DNA of 64,000 nt from Phoronis australis (GCA_002633005.1 NMRA01000105.1:660010-724009), one strand, 5' to 3'; counted from the first letter of the stretch, positions 47,666 through 62,724 are shown. The notes: generated by a model not told the origin, from the letters alone. Translations and numbers: made by a program.

Positions 47666-49191
47666 TTTACAGAAAAAGATGACACGTAATTCTCTATTAC
47701 TCCAACAATACCCTCACAGTTGTTATGTAATGATTCAAGATTAGCAGCACGGACTGTAACACTTGCTTCACAAGATCTGAAACAGACTCATGAAAGTACA
47801 ATTGACGTCACCTAAGAACTAAACGTAAATACACGAGAGAGATGTTTACGTCTGGCGGTTGTAGTGATGACTTGCTGAGTCTCAGGAAGCGAAAGCATTA
47901 TGACAAACACGCATGAGCACCAACATTTCCTGTTCGATAGAATAATGCACGTTAGTAGCGCTGCATTGACACGATATTGCTAAAGTATTAATAACTTCAG
48001 TCAAAACAAATCACAGAGACCATTCAACGAAACACCCCACAACCAGATACAGCCTGAGGCTTTGGAAGACACTAATATATACAGGTGAAAAGGACTGCAG
48101 TCATACATAAATGATACAAGCATACAGAGGAAAGCATTACCATTGTTTGGAAAATGGTAATGACGTTCCACTAAGTGGGATTAATCATCCTCTATTACAA
48201 AAATAATTGATCTTTTAAGCCTTTAGATCAAATTTAACATACAACTAGAAAAATATTGCTTCCTTGCTTTCAGTGTTTTTTTTTAAACCAAACGCTTCAG
48301 CTGATTCTCTAAAGAGGACAGTGGCATTGGCATTGATGGAAAAGCTGTTGACACTAATGTAACCACCTGACCTGAAATTTTCCAAGATAAATGGGAACAA
48401 TAGAATGATTTGAGAATTTCTTTTTTACTGTGTCCTCCTAATAGCTTTCAGTTTCAGTTCAAATCATTAATACAAAATTTAAGTTTCCACATGTTTGTAC
48501 ATAAAGTAAAACACACATATCAATAGTCAAAACTAAATTGAACTCCTTGCATCAGTAACATGTTATCAAAATGTGGAATTGGATTGGTAGACACAATACA
48601 TCTCAACTTTCACATTGATAAAATGTCAAAATTAATTTTACCAGAACATCTAGTCTTTTGAAACTAGTATTCAATGATAAACAACTTTTTATCAGGCTAA
48701 ACAGATTTGTATTTGTTCTGAATAAATGACGTCTACAGCCTCTATCCTGAGTGTACCAGTACAATTCACAAACAATGAGCGCATGAGTGTATGCTCTAGT
48801 CATTTCACTGAAAGCCATGAATAGTAAAATGCAGAGCAGCAGAGGGAGATTCAAAACCGGTCAAAGACCTCTCGGGCAACAGGGAATATGATGAAAGTTG
48901 TATGGAATGTACTAGAACTTCAATTAGTGAATCAGGCAATATAGAGTTCACACTATATATCTACAGGAAGTGGAACATATTTAAATTTTATAAAGCTACA
49001 ACAACCCACATTCTCTCAAAGAAATTTTGATTTAGACTTGTTACCATCAAACAGGTCTTTAAAATTAATGTCTCTTAATTGGCTGAGAAGTGATTTTTGA
49101 TCTTGTAAGAAACTGAAAAGTTCATTATTCTCTAAAACCATACTTGGCAATGTCTTATACAAAATGGTAAAATCTTTTGAAATATCCCAAG

Positions 49192-49260
49192 CTTGTTTCG
49201 ACCCTAAACCCTAACGGTCTCCCACCAGTGGAGACCAATATGGTTTAGGGTCGAAACAAG
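49192..49260. repeat. 69-bp palindromic mini-element
   Basis: 19-bp perfect arms cttgtttcgaccctaaacc / ggtttagggtcgaaacaag, plus inner stem ggtctcc / ggagacc. Confidence 0.9.
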
Positions 49261-49929
49261 TCAAGGAAGCTGGATGCCATCTGACAATATCAAGCTACGT
49301 CTTCAACTAGTTAGTGCATGACAGGAGAAAGAGGATCCTGGTTCAGCTGTTATGAGGAGGGGGCGACAAGATGTCAGACTGCATAGAAGCCTGACAACTA
49401 TTGAGGCAGATAACATCTCTGTAAGTACACACATATTGAAATATCAATGGATGAATAAAGACATCATTTTCCATACATTTGCCAGGGAGAAGAACAATCT
49501 GCAACAACTAACAAGTAGCCAAAGGCTGCGGCTAATAAGCTAATGAATTTTGATCCCAGCTGGTGTCAAAAAGCTAAAGCAAACTAGTGAACTTAAATTA
49601 ATCAACCAATGAGAGGGGCTGATAGTGGAATTTATTCCTCTTTTTTAAATTAATGAACCTCTATGTAGTAATTGAATTTCTGCCCACCAAATCTGAGTCG
49701 GCATCAAGCGAATGTCACATTTGTGCTCTCATTACTGTAGAGAGCGCCAATATGAAAAGTCCCCAAGAATGTTTAACCATGGGCCTACCCCTTTAACGTT
49801 TTTCACACGCGTCTCCATTGGGTTGTAGCCTAGATCTCTCCTTTTAGTAACTCGTTGAAGCATGGTAGACAAATGGCATACTAGTCATGAGACAAAACAA
49901 GGAAGCATAACAATGGATTAGATTCATAC

Positions 49930-50204
49930 CTGGGGTCCCGGTTTCATGAGACTTGAAAGTTAAGACAAAAACTTGGTCTTACACTCCCACTTCAAAATTG
50001 CTGAGTAAAGGTTTAGTGAAGTAATAACAGGCATATCACAGTCCACAAATAGTTTATTGAAATTATCTCAGTAATTAGCTGTTACGTGTATGTTCTAGGA
50101 GACTTTGCACTTTTGCTCAAGTGAGATTAAATTATTTTGCAGAAACTGTTACGCAGAGCTCAAGACCAAATTTCAGTCTTAAGTCGGTCACTTTTGAAAC
50201 AGCC
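49930..50204. mobile_element. Decayed MITE with a GGNCCCGGTTTCATGA terminus
   Basis: ctg-gggtcccggtttcatgagac...taagacaaaaacttggtctt, and aagaccaaatttcagtcttaag...ttttgaaacagcc. A related head (ggggtccagttcatgaaac) occurs at ~51527. Confidence 0.45.
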
Positions 50205-50897
50205 AAAAGAAAACCACTGTCATCTGGAGTAGACACAAAATGAGAGAAATTTAACAGGCTGATTTTACTAGTGTCGATGGATGAATCTTCATAACAGAGT
50301 TAGTTTCGCCATTTGCCTACAGGATTGATCTTTAAGTGATGCTCAATTTTCAAATGAATATGTATGGCAGGAAGGATTTTAACAACTTACATCGAATTCA
50401 GGTTATGAGATTGCATCTTCACAACATACACATTTTCAAAACAACAATCTTCCAACAGAGATCGGATTGAATTTACAAAACAGGATAGATTTTATACTTT
50501 TTTCACACTTCCTGCCGTCCATGACAAATTGTTGGAAATTACTGTAATCAATACTCAACTTGAGTAAAAAACAGCAGCATGCTTTTAGTAGGAACAATCA
50601 AGACCAATAAGATTAGACGTTATGAGTGGGTGTTCCCGCTCATGAATGTGAATCAATGCTTTTTGCAGAATTCAGAAAATGTCACCACACCTGTTTGCTA
50701 ATACTTATAGTTCAATTCACTTTTCATGCAACATGTCGCAGATTTGGCTCCGTAAAAATTCAGGAAATAGCCATTAGCACGACATGTCAGCTATGGTGAT
50801 TTAGCAAGACTTTTCAATGAGACTTAAAAATCCAGTGCAATCGAACACTGCTGTGTCGTTGAGTTTCAAACTATTACTGGTAAAGTTTCTTCAATTT

Positions 50898-50949
50898 AGC
50901 AGACAACATGGTAGAGCAGACAGCATGGTAGAGCAGACGGCATGGTAGA
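50898..50949 (+). repeat. 17-bp tandem repeat x3
   Basis: (agcagacRRcatggtag)3. Confidence 0.9.
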
Positions 50950-51183
50950 ATGGTGACAGGAAAAAATGAAGGAAAACTTTTATTTCTTTATCAGTACAGT
51001 TTATATTGTATAGCTGTCAACAAACACGTGATCTTTTTTGAGCATTTTTAACAAAAATTTGAGAATGACACTTCTGACAATTATTTTTGTTTGAATTCAG
51101 GCAACTTTACTGGCCTTTCAAATATTAGTCATTTCTAATAACAATGAAGACCAAAAATCTATAAACAACAAATGTTGTTTAGA

Positions 51184-51370
51184 GGAAGCAGTGTAGCCTA
51201 GTGTTATAGGTGCCCGCTTTCTTTACTTAAGGTCCTCCGTTCGAGTTCCATAGGGGAACACTGCTAGACCCTCGAGTCGGGTTTCTATCTCCTCAGCTCG
51301 GTTTTAACTATACATCAACAAACCATAAAAATGGTGCCACGTGATCAGTACAATGAGCCCACATGCAACA
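51184..51370 (+). mobile_element. tRNA-derived SINE, copy 1
   Basis: A box TAGCCTAGTGT (51194), B box GTTCGAGT (51239). Body shared with 52927-53090 (tagaccct...ttttaactat...atggt..cacgtgatcag...gcccac). Confidence 0.7.
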
Positions 51371-52926
51371 GAAATTATTTTTTTCAAAAGTTGTTTACCA
51401 TAGAAATTATAGACCATAAATTTGTCATGACATACACAATTGTCGACAATAATTACTGACCTGTTGAGTCATATCTGTAACATATCCCAAGGAAATTACC
51501 TATACAACAATGGCATGGTAGGCCTTGGGGTCCAGTTCATGAAACATTTTCTATCTAACTTCGACCATAATCGAGCTTAGCATAAAACCACACTGTCTTA
51601 GCCTGTTCCGTGAAATTTCTTAAGACCCAAATTAACACCAGAATCGGTCTAAACTAAGACCGAAAGTTAGCCTGCTACGGAGTAGGTTTAATGACAAAGA
51701 TTTAAAACTATTACCAGTAAACTGTCGAGGAAAAATTTCTTCAAATTAAAGATCACCTGATTTCGATTTGAGAACTGGCGTAAAGGGCATACAGACAGAG
51801 CTGCGTGACTTACCTAGGTCTTCTCAAGCAAACAAGATTCCAGTTACATCAAAATGTAAGTAACTCTCCAATTAGAGTCTCAAGACCAAGATCATTCTTG
51901 AAACCATGTTTCACACACCGCCTTCCTCAGTTTTGCAAAATCACAACTGGTGGCAAAAGCATACTTTTTATGTTTGAAAACCGATCAAAATCTGACATTG
52001 TGTTCATAAGTAGTCTTTTCTGAATTTTTGTTTTCCGTCTTAATTTAACCCAATTTTCAGACTTGAACTTTAACAAATTTTTGGTCTCAAGTTGTACTGT
52101 TTACACACAAGACAGACACTTTTACACCACATCATGTTGATTACCAATTTTACATTTCCAATTCACTGAAAGTTGTTACTTCAAATTCTAGCAACTTTTT
52201 TGCGGTTGTGGTGCATTGTAAAAGACACAACATATTTGTGAATTTTCAAAATTGTAAATATTGTAATATAGCGTATGGTGCCATTTTTGTCTGATAAATT
52301 CATAATCTTCATCTTATTTTTTATTACCTGTGCCTTTTCCTCTGTCATATATTAAAAATATATAAGTTATCGTTTTTTCTATGTGACACGGTAAAACTTC
52401 TATAGTTTGGGAGTCTTTTAAAATTTGGGACATGGAAATTCAAACAGAAATTGAATTTTCTTGATTCTGAAAATTAGGACATGCAAGATTTTCGAATTTA
52501 AAATACTTCTCAAATATCAGACACATTATTTTATTATTGTCAACAATAGACTTGGCAGTTGATAAAATGGTCAAAATTAGCCACTGACATAATATCCTCA
52601 TGCATCTCCCTGTACTGTGTCCACATCAAGGTCAATAATGGTTTGGACATTGATCTTAATTCTTGAAATTATAACAGCTACTATTGCCCATTTCTACTAT
52701 TTGGTACACAGGCTCCCACCTTGAGCAAACTATTTTTTCACAGACCAATCTACAGAAAATTTACCTCAACTTACCTTACTCAAGTTATTTTGTCTTAATA
52801 TAATTAAAGTACAGATATGCTAGATAATGACAATGTTGCTATGATCTTTGTTGCCACATTTCAAAATTAAAGAGGTTATTTTGGGATAGCCTTAAAAATT
52901 GGTAACCACACAAAACCTTACCAAAA

Positions 52927-53170
52927 GGAGGTGTGGCTTAGTAGGACAATAGTTTGGATTTGAGTCTCACTGAGGCAAACTGGTAGACCCTTCAGTCAGG
53001 TCTCTGGCACTTTAGTTCACTTTTAACTATTAATAAAGAATATAATGGTTCCAGGTGATCAGCGCCATGGGCCCACCTCAGCGACCTGTACATGTCTGGT
53101 ATAACCAGACCGCCTGTGAAACTTAACAAGATAATCAAGGTGGCAACTGGGAAACATTATAATGAGTACT
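52927..53170 (+). mobile_element. tRNA-derived SINE, copy 2
   Basis: A box TGGCTTAGTAG, decayed B box, same body as 51184-51370. Confidence 0.65.
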
Positions 53171-53472
53171 GGTTTGAGTTAATGCAACAGGCTTCCTATA
53201 TAACCAAGGAGTAATTTTCTTAACTTCAGCATTAATAGCCAACCAACATAACTCAGTTTCAAAGTCCTCTATGATCATCAAGTCTTAATACATACACAAA
53301 AATAATGCTCCAATGTTCATAATCCTGTGCGTTTTTTCTTAAAAAATCTTGATTTTCACGGAGATCACTTTAGTTCCACTAACACGATTCTTTCATGTGA
53401 AACTTTACTTGTGAATTCTGTTTCTACTATTTACTTTTGGCCTGACGCCATTGTCAAAATTGAGGACATCAG

Positions 53473-53907
53473 TGCCTGGTTGCATGAAACAGTCCCTAAC
53501 AGGGACTAAACTAAGTTACCTAAATCGTTTTCGTATTTGTTTCGTTCTTTAGGCACAGATGTAATATTTTTTTCTATAATTGTATATTTATTGTGAGCTC
53601 TTCTTTGACTAATGACATTTTCTAATAAAATAACTAAAAACTGAACACTTAATTCAATCAAAACAGTTAGGAACTTTGTCCTTCAATTGGAGGCGTTGCA
53701 TGAAAAGATCCCTACTTATTTTCAATAATATTGAGAATTCAAACTAGATTTCACTCTCGATTTGTATCAAACCAAAAAATTGGCATAGTAATGATACTCA
53801 AACAGCAAAAGATAAGACAATCGGTGTTTTCACAAGCCCGCAAATACGCAGTTGATTTAGGGACCTTAACTGAGTCCCTATTTGGGACTGTTTCATGCAA
53901 CCGGGCA
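53473..53907. mobile_element. MITE with ~60-bp TIRs and CWG flanks
   Basis: CAG-tgcctggttgcatgaaacagtccctaacagggact ... agtccctatttgggactgtttcatgcaaccgggca-CTG. Confidence 0.85.
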
Positions 53908-55959
53908 CTGCAATCTTAGAAAAAATGAGTCTTGGTTGATTAAAATGCTCTACTACATTTTCGTCAGTTATTTCAGTGTTACGCCAAATTTTAAAGCGTC
54001 ATTTTCATACCAGTATAAGATAAACCAGGAGTAAGGGATTTATAACAACAGTCTTCAATCAAAAATCGATTGGAAGTCGTATGAAAATGTGCTAATGAAT
54101 TTAGATCAATCAAAGACATTAGTATATATCCTACTTGTGTGATGGATGTCTTGAAATAAAACCTAATATCGTCCTTACTAAGACTTCAGAAAAAAAACGA
54201 ATACTGTTGTTTCATTTCCAACGAACAGAATATTAATGTGTTAGTTGCTAAGGTTTCTATCATAAATAATCCAACGTAAAATATACCGATCATATTTAAT
54301 TAATCAACATACTGAAGGTGTCGTAATACTTTATAGTTAATTATTAACTCAGTAAGACTGAAGTACAACAAGAACTCCACATTACATGTAGTATTTATTT
54401 ATTCATTCACGGAACCAAAAACAAATTTAAAAAATAAACTTAGAATTTCATATACTCAGGACAGTTTTGTGGCCACAAAAATGTAATCAGTATTCAATAT
54501 TTGGCACTTTTTTATGAAAAAGATAAGAATTTGAGCCAATGGTGTGCTCTTTGTTGAAAAAATGACTTCCGTATTGTACAAAAAGTATGACAAACGAATT
54601 TGGTGAAAAACGTTTGTACAATTTTCTAATCTGTAGAAAACAGGATATTTTTCACATCATTCTTTTTTGTGCACTAAATAAAGCCAGTTGAAGGAAAACT
54701 TGTCACAAACGGTGGGAGACAATGCAGCAACTTTCAAACACAAGTCAGTGACCTTAAACTATATTGCTGCTAACTTAACTGTAGTACATTTCGCTCACAT
54801 GAAAATCAAAAATGAGTGGCGTACCAAAACCGCAGGTCAAAGGGCGGTGAAGATGATTGAGAGGCTATTAATCACTTTTCCATTACATGAATAATGCTAT
54901 AATGCACCTTGTTACAAAGCCGCAATTACAATATTCATTTTACATGCGGCGCATGAAATGCCTCCAAGTACATCCTTGTTGTTGGAACCACTAACCACAC
55001 AAAAAACCAGAAAATCTCCCACTGACAAAATTCAACGCAATTGCTGTAGACATATTTTAGTGAGCTGAGCATTAACTTCGTGTCTGAACTACATGCTAAT
55101 AACCCATATAAGGGGCAGGTCACTGACATTATGAGGTGACGTACATTCAATCCACAGGCTTGAAAGTGCAAAAGAATTGGTAGCAAGTGAGATGATACCA
55201 CAGCTAACAAGAATGGTTGACTGTGTTTAGAGTTGATGCATGTAATGTTCCCTTAACCCCCCCACCCCCGAGGGAAATTCCTTCGGGGCACAAGACTAAT
55301 AGTGAAAGTTTTTACATGATAATATGCCATTTCCCCAGTGACATGGTTAAACTTGGGACTAAGGTGATCAGTGTAAACAAACTGTACAAAAACATACAAA
55401 ACAGGAAATGAGTAGAGTCGATAACATTTTAAGCAAAATGCAACCACGCCAAGAATGACGAAGCCAGAGAAACCATTATGAAGACAAACAGACCCCATGA
55501 GGTGTGTTGCAGTTCAAACAATGCACACAGCAATGCAAACAGACAAACAGATGACACAACACACAGAGGGTTATCAAACGAGAACTAGTTTGATTATCTT
55601 GTCTATTTTTAAACATACCACCCTTATGTAAGTCCATACCAAGTACAAAAATATTGGAATTCAACATTATTAATGTATTTTGTTCCTCGCGCATCTATTT
55701 GTTTTTCACAGTGTTCAAAGCACTGCACATCACCAAACATATTTACAGACATTGAAAAATGGTAATTTAATATTCATTTAATGTGCCAGTCCACTTTTTG
55801 GTTTCTGGCGTGTCGGTCGTTTTCAGCGTTAAATCACTTTGTTTTCTTAAGTATGTTATATACATGGCTTCCTCACCTATTCCTACTGATTTTTGCATTT
55901 CCATTTATTTATTTTGTACAGGGGACCTTCTAATTAGTAGTCAATAACCTTCAGAAGGC

Positions 55960-55992
<33 letters not shown>

Positions 55993-55999
55993 TCTCTCT
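55960..55999 (+). repeat. (CT)n microsatellite
   Basis: Directly visible, one interruption. Confidence 0.95.
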
Positions 56000-56830
56000 A
56001 ATGGGGTCTAGCCAAGTCTGACTATTGCCTGACAAATTGCACTCACAACAAAAAAGCAACACAACAAAAAAAATATATATACAAGCAAAGTGATGTGTCG
56101 ACTAAAGATAGAATGCGAACACTGTGCCAATATTCCCGTTAAAATTCAACACAAATCCATGAAAGTTGTTACATCTGAAAACTGCCAACCAGCCTCAACA
56201 GTAGTTAGATATATACAGACACCAATTGAGGATGTAAGTACACAGAATATATGTAAACCAGAGACACTCATGAAAAACGATAGTGTGCTGAATGTGCTTT
56301 GCTTACATGATGATATGTCCCGAAGAGTTGGGTGATCTTGCGTTTTCACGTGACTGATTCTTGTATCAATGGAACGCAAACCGAGCAAGGCTTTGCTGAA
56401 ACTGATTGATACACTCAAGCCTAAGCTATTGAGTACTTTCTTGAGAGCTAAAATTCTGATGAATTCGGTGCTCACAAATACAGGCCTGGGGCACTATCAA
56501 GAAATTCTCTGTCCTAACTTTTAGAGAAGCCCCTGTCGTATAATTTAGAGGTGGGTGTTAAGATGACCAGGTGATTTAACAATGAGCATTTGGAACTTTC
56601 GAGGAGAGTGCAAGCCAACCACTGGCATTAACTCAAATACCTATGACTATATGACGAAGGAACACTGCTCTCATGAAGATAGCTCCCGTTTTTTATTTTG
56701 TACAATTTTTAAACAACTGAGGTGAATGTAATCTATAAAAAATTCAAACCCGAGAAGGGAAAATTATGTGAACAATCGTTTAAACCAGCGTAAAATCAAA
56801 TACTTCATATACTCCACATTTTCTTCGAGG

Positions 56831-56890
56831 CAACCAATGAAAATGTACCAGACTACACAACAACCAATGGAAATGTGCCAAACTACACAA
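56831..56890 (+). repeat. 30-bp tandem duplication
   Basis: caaccaatgaaaatgtaccagactacacaa / caaccaatggaaatgtgccaaactacacaa. Confidence 0.9.
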
Positions 56891-59199
56891 TGCGTGATGC
56901 GTGTGAATTTCCAAAATCATAGTAAGAGTTTAACTTGTACACAATTATGATAAGTACTTAAAGTATTACTTACATGGAACAGGTGAGGATGAATACGCCT
57001 CTGCTAAGGGATCTAATATGAATGAATTACACACCCAATTGTAAGGATCAATAAACTTAACACCTGTAATTACAAACCGCTTCGACACAGGTACCATTAT
57101 TGATTCATGCAGGCCCAATTAAATACAATGTCAAGAAAACAACTATTGAAGAACGTCATAATATTGATATGTTATGTCATCTGTCGTTTTAATCTCATTT
57201 TTATAGAACAAAAACATAGAAATGTGGGAACTGGGAATCAGTAACAATGAAAGCGACACAAACCGTTTACTGACTTTCAGCTAGTCAACTATCGGGGAAA
57301 GCAACATTGACGCAGGAAATTCATACTCAATACAAAAATTTCCGACTGCGAAATTTGAAAATTAGCATTTACCATAGAAATTATTTTGATCAGCTTAAGC
57401 AGCTATTAACCTACAACTAGTCACCGTCTCAAAAATTCTAAACATCAAAGCTGCATTTCGTCGTTTCCCTGGCTAAAAATTAAACACAAATTAGGGTTTT
57501 ACTCTAATAAACTTGATTTCAAAATATTCCTTACAGTCATAAGATTCTATTTAAGTTACCAACAATAACATTGAAACTATAAGCACTTTAAAGAAAGCTT
57601 CAGTATATGGGGTTCTTTTACCCTAAAAGTTTAAATTTGGCATGTCGTATGTACGCGTAGCCTGCAACTTGAGTTGACAACTCATTCGGCAACAATATGA
57701 GATCGGATACTTTGGTAATGCTTTTAAACTTCAAAATACTGAGGTTACGAGTTCAACATTGACAGCTGATCAGCGGTGAATACGCTCCTTTAAGTAATCC
57801 ATCACTGTAATGTTCGCTATCTTGTATTGTATTATTTGTACTGAAGAGTTTCAACGCTAAAACCATAGTAGGCAAAATGGACAAATATCAATGCTGGGTG
57901 TGTAATAAGAATTGTAAAAAATATTTCATCATAGTCATGACACGTGTTTTGACAAATAATACAACATATTACTTTATCCTTGTTCATCAACTTGGGAGTG
58001 TCTGACATTTTGAAAAGATGAGTCATGTAATGCATTTTGCTACCTTGTCAAAGAGGAGAGTTTAATACAGGACAAGCGTACTTCACTATGGAACCACATG
58101 AGACCATTTTCATTATGGAAAGTGCTCCATATCAAAATTTAATTTTTTGTGACGCAAGGATATATAGCTGCTTCAAGCAAATAACCTTTAGCAGGCCTCA
58201 CAAAATTTTGATATACCAGCTTCTATATCCCAATGCAAAGTATCATAACTCGCACAATTACCCCTTTATGTACCTTTGAGATAAAAATGCATGAACCAGG
58301 AATTGTAAAACATCACAAAATGGTAACTCTACATTCACACCACACAAAAATAAATTGTCACAATTGTCATTTTTCTATTTTTCAAAGGCTGGTTACTTTG
58401 CTTCAAATAAAAGAAACCTCCAAACGTCGTTTTATCAAATCCACAAACTGACCATAGATAATAGTCTAAAATTACCTTAATCTATATTTTTGCAAGCAAT
58501 TTGAGAAAATAAAATTTCACTTGTCTGCACGTATACTAAGTAACCCATTTTCTGCGTCATTTCCCAATCCAGTGTAGATCACTCCTTTACATGTGTATAG
58601 CCTATTAATACCATTACTGTAATTGCTTTGATGAGACCAGTTGAAAGACCTAAAAAGGTAATTAAGCTAATTGTGAAAATGCTACGGTACATAAATAACC
58701 AATAATTCTTTCCAGGGCAGATAGGGTATAATGGAACAATGCAGGGCAATTAGACAAGAAACCAAGGCTAATTGTTACCAAAACGCAACACAAGCTGATG
58801 GAATTGTTTCAGCAATTTGGCCGCAGCTGTAACTAAGAGCTGCTCCTTCTGTAAGTTACACAAAATTACAGTACATTGCCAATCTTTATAAAGCCCTTCT
58901 ATGTGTCATTAAGCAGTTTTTTCACTGTCCACTGCCAACTCATACAACATATTTTCGAAAACCTCTATGACTGAAAAATCCAAATCCATTGCCTTCAAAA
59001 CAGTCAGGTCAAGGTTTTTAATCATGTGATCATTTTGCGGTAAATTGTTACTTTTAGTATAAACACGAACTTCTGGAATCCTTAAACTGTTTGCAACTTC
59101 ATGAGTGAACAAAATACACTCAGTCACTATGCAAAGATGTGTGAACAAAATACTCTACTGTGCCGGAAACCACATCTCCCTAACAATCAAATAATGGAG

Positions 59200-59740
59200 A
59201 TGTTAGACATTAAAGTCCGTTGCTAAACGACATTTGATTGCCAATATACGCGTTGTCAGAAGAAAATAAAAAATTTGAAAAAAGTTCACGCAAATCAAAC
59301 AAAGCACTGAAGAGAAATCTATAGTGCTGTTTACAGTTACAAAGTTGACACGGATCAGCTGACACGGAACGAGTTGTTCCAGTGTGTAAACGGACTGACA
59401 AGGAGCAAATTGACACCGCGCTGACAAATTTTTGCCACCCGTTTGTGAGGTAGAGCAATTTGCGCCAGAACATCTTGTGTCGTGTCAATTATGTGTCTAA
59501 ACGCGAAACTGGGGCAAGGCGGAAAGGATCATCTCTACTGTGCTTGCCTAATGACAGGTTCTTTGTCTCTGCAACTCTTGTCATTTGTAAACCTGCACAT
59601 GTGCAATCCAGTCTCTCTAGCCTGCAATTTCCGTCTTGCCACAGTTAGTGAGTTGTGTGTGTAAACAGCCGCTTGACACTGGTCAATTTGCTCCATGTCA
59701 GTTGCGCCGGAACCAAAAGTTGATGTCTAAACGGGACTAA
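59200..59740. mobile_element. Harbinger-like MITE with internal inverted repeats
   Basis: Right end gatgtctaaacgggac-TAA; ctgacaaggagcaaattgac (59395) is inverted at gtcaatttgctccatgtcag (~59682); left end uncertain. Confidence 0.45.
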
Positions 59741-62724
59741 TGTAAAAATTGTAGACAGTATGAAAACTTAAATGTCTTGAGTCATTGGTATCGTTTTTTA
59801 CTCCTAATGTGCCTACCTTTTTCTTAAATTTTACTAAAGACATGGTAACATGACCAAATCAATGACAGATTGGTAAAAATAACTATTAAATTATACAGGC
59901 TTTCTGCTTACAGAAAATGTGTACTATTACCAAGCTAAAATCTTTAGTTTTGAAGACATTTGGCTAAATCCCAGGCTTACATAACCTTAACACATTGTGG
60001 ATCACAGCTCTCACGGAATCGATAATTATCAAATGAAAAAAATATGGAGGAAGAACATAATAATGGCATGACTATCAGAATTTTGGTGTGAAATGCAACT
60101 CAACACCACTTAATCATAACGTCATAATTACACGCTACTAAGGACACTTTTGGTAAATAACTTGAATTTACCACCAACTTCCTGATACCCATCATGTACA
60201 ACAAAACATGATTACAACACCATCTCTGATAATCCAAAACACCTTAAGACCATAATTGTATTAATCATAGAAAAGAAAAACTGCAGGCGGTTCTATGCCT
60301 GAACTACACCATAAGCTATATAGGTCGGGTTCATTTCACAAACCACCTATTTCACAAACCACCAATTTGAATGAGAAATCTCTCAGTCATCAGATTCTTA
60401 TTGAGAAAGGTTACGGAATTCTATAGGCCACATTTTGCTGCTACTGATGTCTGGCATTAGCATTAAGTACAAATGACATCCACAACCACCAATGCTTTCC
60501 TTTGTCTGGTCATCTCACATAACTAAGGCCCGAAGCTCATTTTTTCTTTAAAATGAAAGATGGGCCTCATTGTACACAGTCACTTTCACATGCCATTTTC
60601 TGCCATGTCTTACAGACAGCTACTGAGCGATCTATTTAAATTTTTGAAACATGAGGCTGGTTGTTTACTACATATGATGCCCTCTTCCAACTTCACATTA
60701 ACAAAGAATCTGCTTGAGCTCAACTGTCATGACAGGAAATTCTAGCTCATTTCCTGGTTCCTGGTATACCGGTTGTTAGTGCTATGTCATTTTATTTTCT
60801 CAAGTACATTATAACGGTCTTTTGTCCCTTCCCTTGTTCATATTTTACTGATGTTTACTGATTTTTCTGTTTCTTTTCATTTGTTTCTTTATGTAATGGA
60901 AATCTTGTTAGGCATCTAAAACCTTTAGAAGCTCATCCTAGGAAACCACTGCAATGTCTTAAATGTCTTAATATGAATAAAAGCGCTACTCTCCCTCTCA
61001 CTCTCCTTCCCCANTCACCGTCTCTCTCTGGGTGTTGTTTCTGGCAACGGAAGTGATTCCTATCATGGTAAGAACATTTTTGAGACCAATTTTCTTCAAA
61101 TAAATGACTGGCTATTGTCTTTGTTTTTTCTGACCACTAAACATGAACAAATGCATCTTCAAATAAAAACAGTAAAACACACACAAGTCACTTTAATTGT
61201 GTAAAGTATAGAAGTGTGAGTAAAATCAACACAAAGGTATGATTTGACTGGTAAGGTATCATTGCATGTATCTTTGAAAAAATAAAATGCTTCAAGTTTA
61301 AAATATGCCTTATAATGAACTAAAGTAGTTCTACATTAATTACCCCAAATGAGAATCGATTACTGCCATGTTAATTCCGAACCAGAACAAAAGTGTTGCA
61401 GACACTGTAAAGACGTCTCTAATTAACAGTGCCAAGAAGTAAAGCCAGATAATGAATTGCCAATAATGATCAACAATCGACAGCAAATGACGATTTCCCA
61501 AAGATCCCACAGCACTTACATACAATCAATAGGGAAGCAGACGATGAGGAAGTAAGCATGTGCCGAAAGTATCCAAGAAGTGTAAGACCGCATCAAAGAC
61601 TTCTTTGAACCAACCTTTGTTATTCTTGATGATTCTTTCACTTCTGATGATCCAAAAACTATCAAGGTTCAAAAGATAACCCGATTTAATCACTCGAATA
61701 TCCACAAATCAATTGCTACTGGAACTTGACTTTTTGCATCATCTTGCATCACCGTGATAAAAAAGAACAACTAACGAAGGTAATTACAATGGTAAGAAAC
61801 TGAAGAAGACACGAACATTGAGAGCATGATGCTTCATTGTTATCAAACCATCACATCATTAGTTAAATCTGTCCTCTTCACAATCAAATGGAGTCACTTT
61901 TTGTTGCAGAAATATTTCACTTTTGTTAATAAAAAAATTCTGGTTGGACCACAAATAAACATGTTATGAGTCACACAACCTTTTTAGGGGAGGAATCAAA
62001 ATTGATTTCAATCGAGGCCTCATTGTCAGGCAACTGCATAGTATTAACTGCCTCGACCCAATACATTGGTCAAAAAGCATTTGGTCAATGTAGCTGACTC
62101 CGCATGCTATGTCAAATTAGGTTTGACATACAGCAGTGAAAACAAAAGTTCCTTGACTTGGCTTTCTCTTTATGGATCATTCAGGAACAGGGCACATGAT
62201 TTCTAATATATTTGTAACACTGTGGAATGTGAGTACAGTAATCACAATGCCCGTAATATGAAGGACGGGGGTACTAGCTTCTAAAACATGGCGAATCCAA
62301 CTTCAGTGAGGCAAAAGGGAATAACATGAATAACATTCTGACGGTTTCATTTATTATAATCATTATTATCATTATTTCAATTATTTGTACTTTATAGTTA
62401 ATTTAGTCTAGGACAAATATGCATGTACTTTCACAATACGCCCTCGCCAAGACAGATCTGATTTACAAACTTAAACCCTGAGAATTTACATGAGAAAAAC
62501 TGGCAGTGAGCTTGAAGCACACAAGGGAAAAGGTCTAACGCAGTTTTGAATTCCACACACAGAAACTAAGTTTTGCATGTGACTACTTTTTTCACAGCCT
62601 CCAACTCCACTATTTGAGCAGCTCCACCTGTTATGCTAGCAGTGAACTAGAAAGAAAGGGGATGTCCAACATTGTTTTGGTATTTTAAAATTTGGGCAAG
62701 AAACAACTAGAGCAAAGAACAAAG

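Noticed and set aside
55650-55960. Possible LINE 3' end before the (CT)n tract
   Set aside because: Only a vague stem-loop resemblance and no convincing RT translation.
56090-56475. Overlapping opposite-strand ORFs (81 and 109 aa)
   Set aside because: No recognisable domain or clear exon boundaries; the longer ORF starts at GTG.
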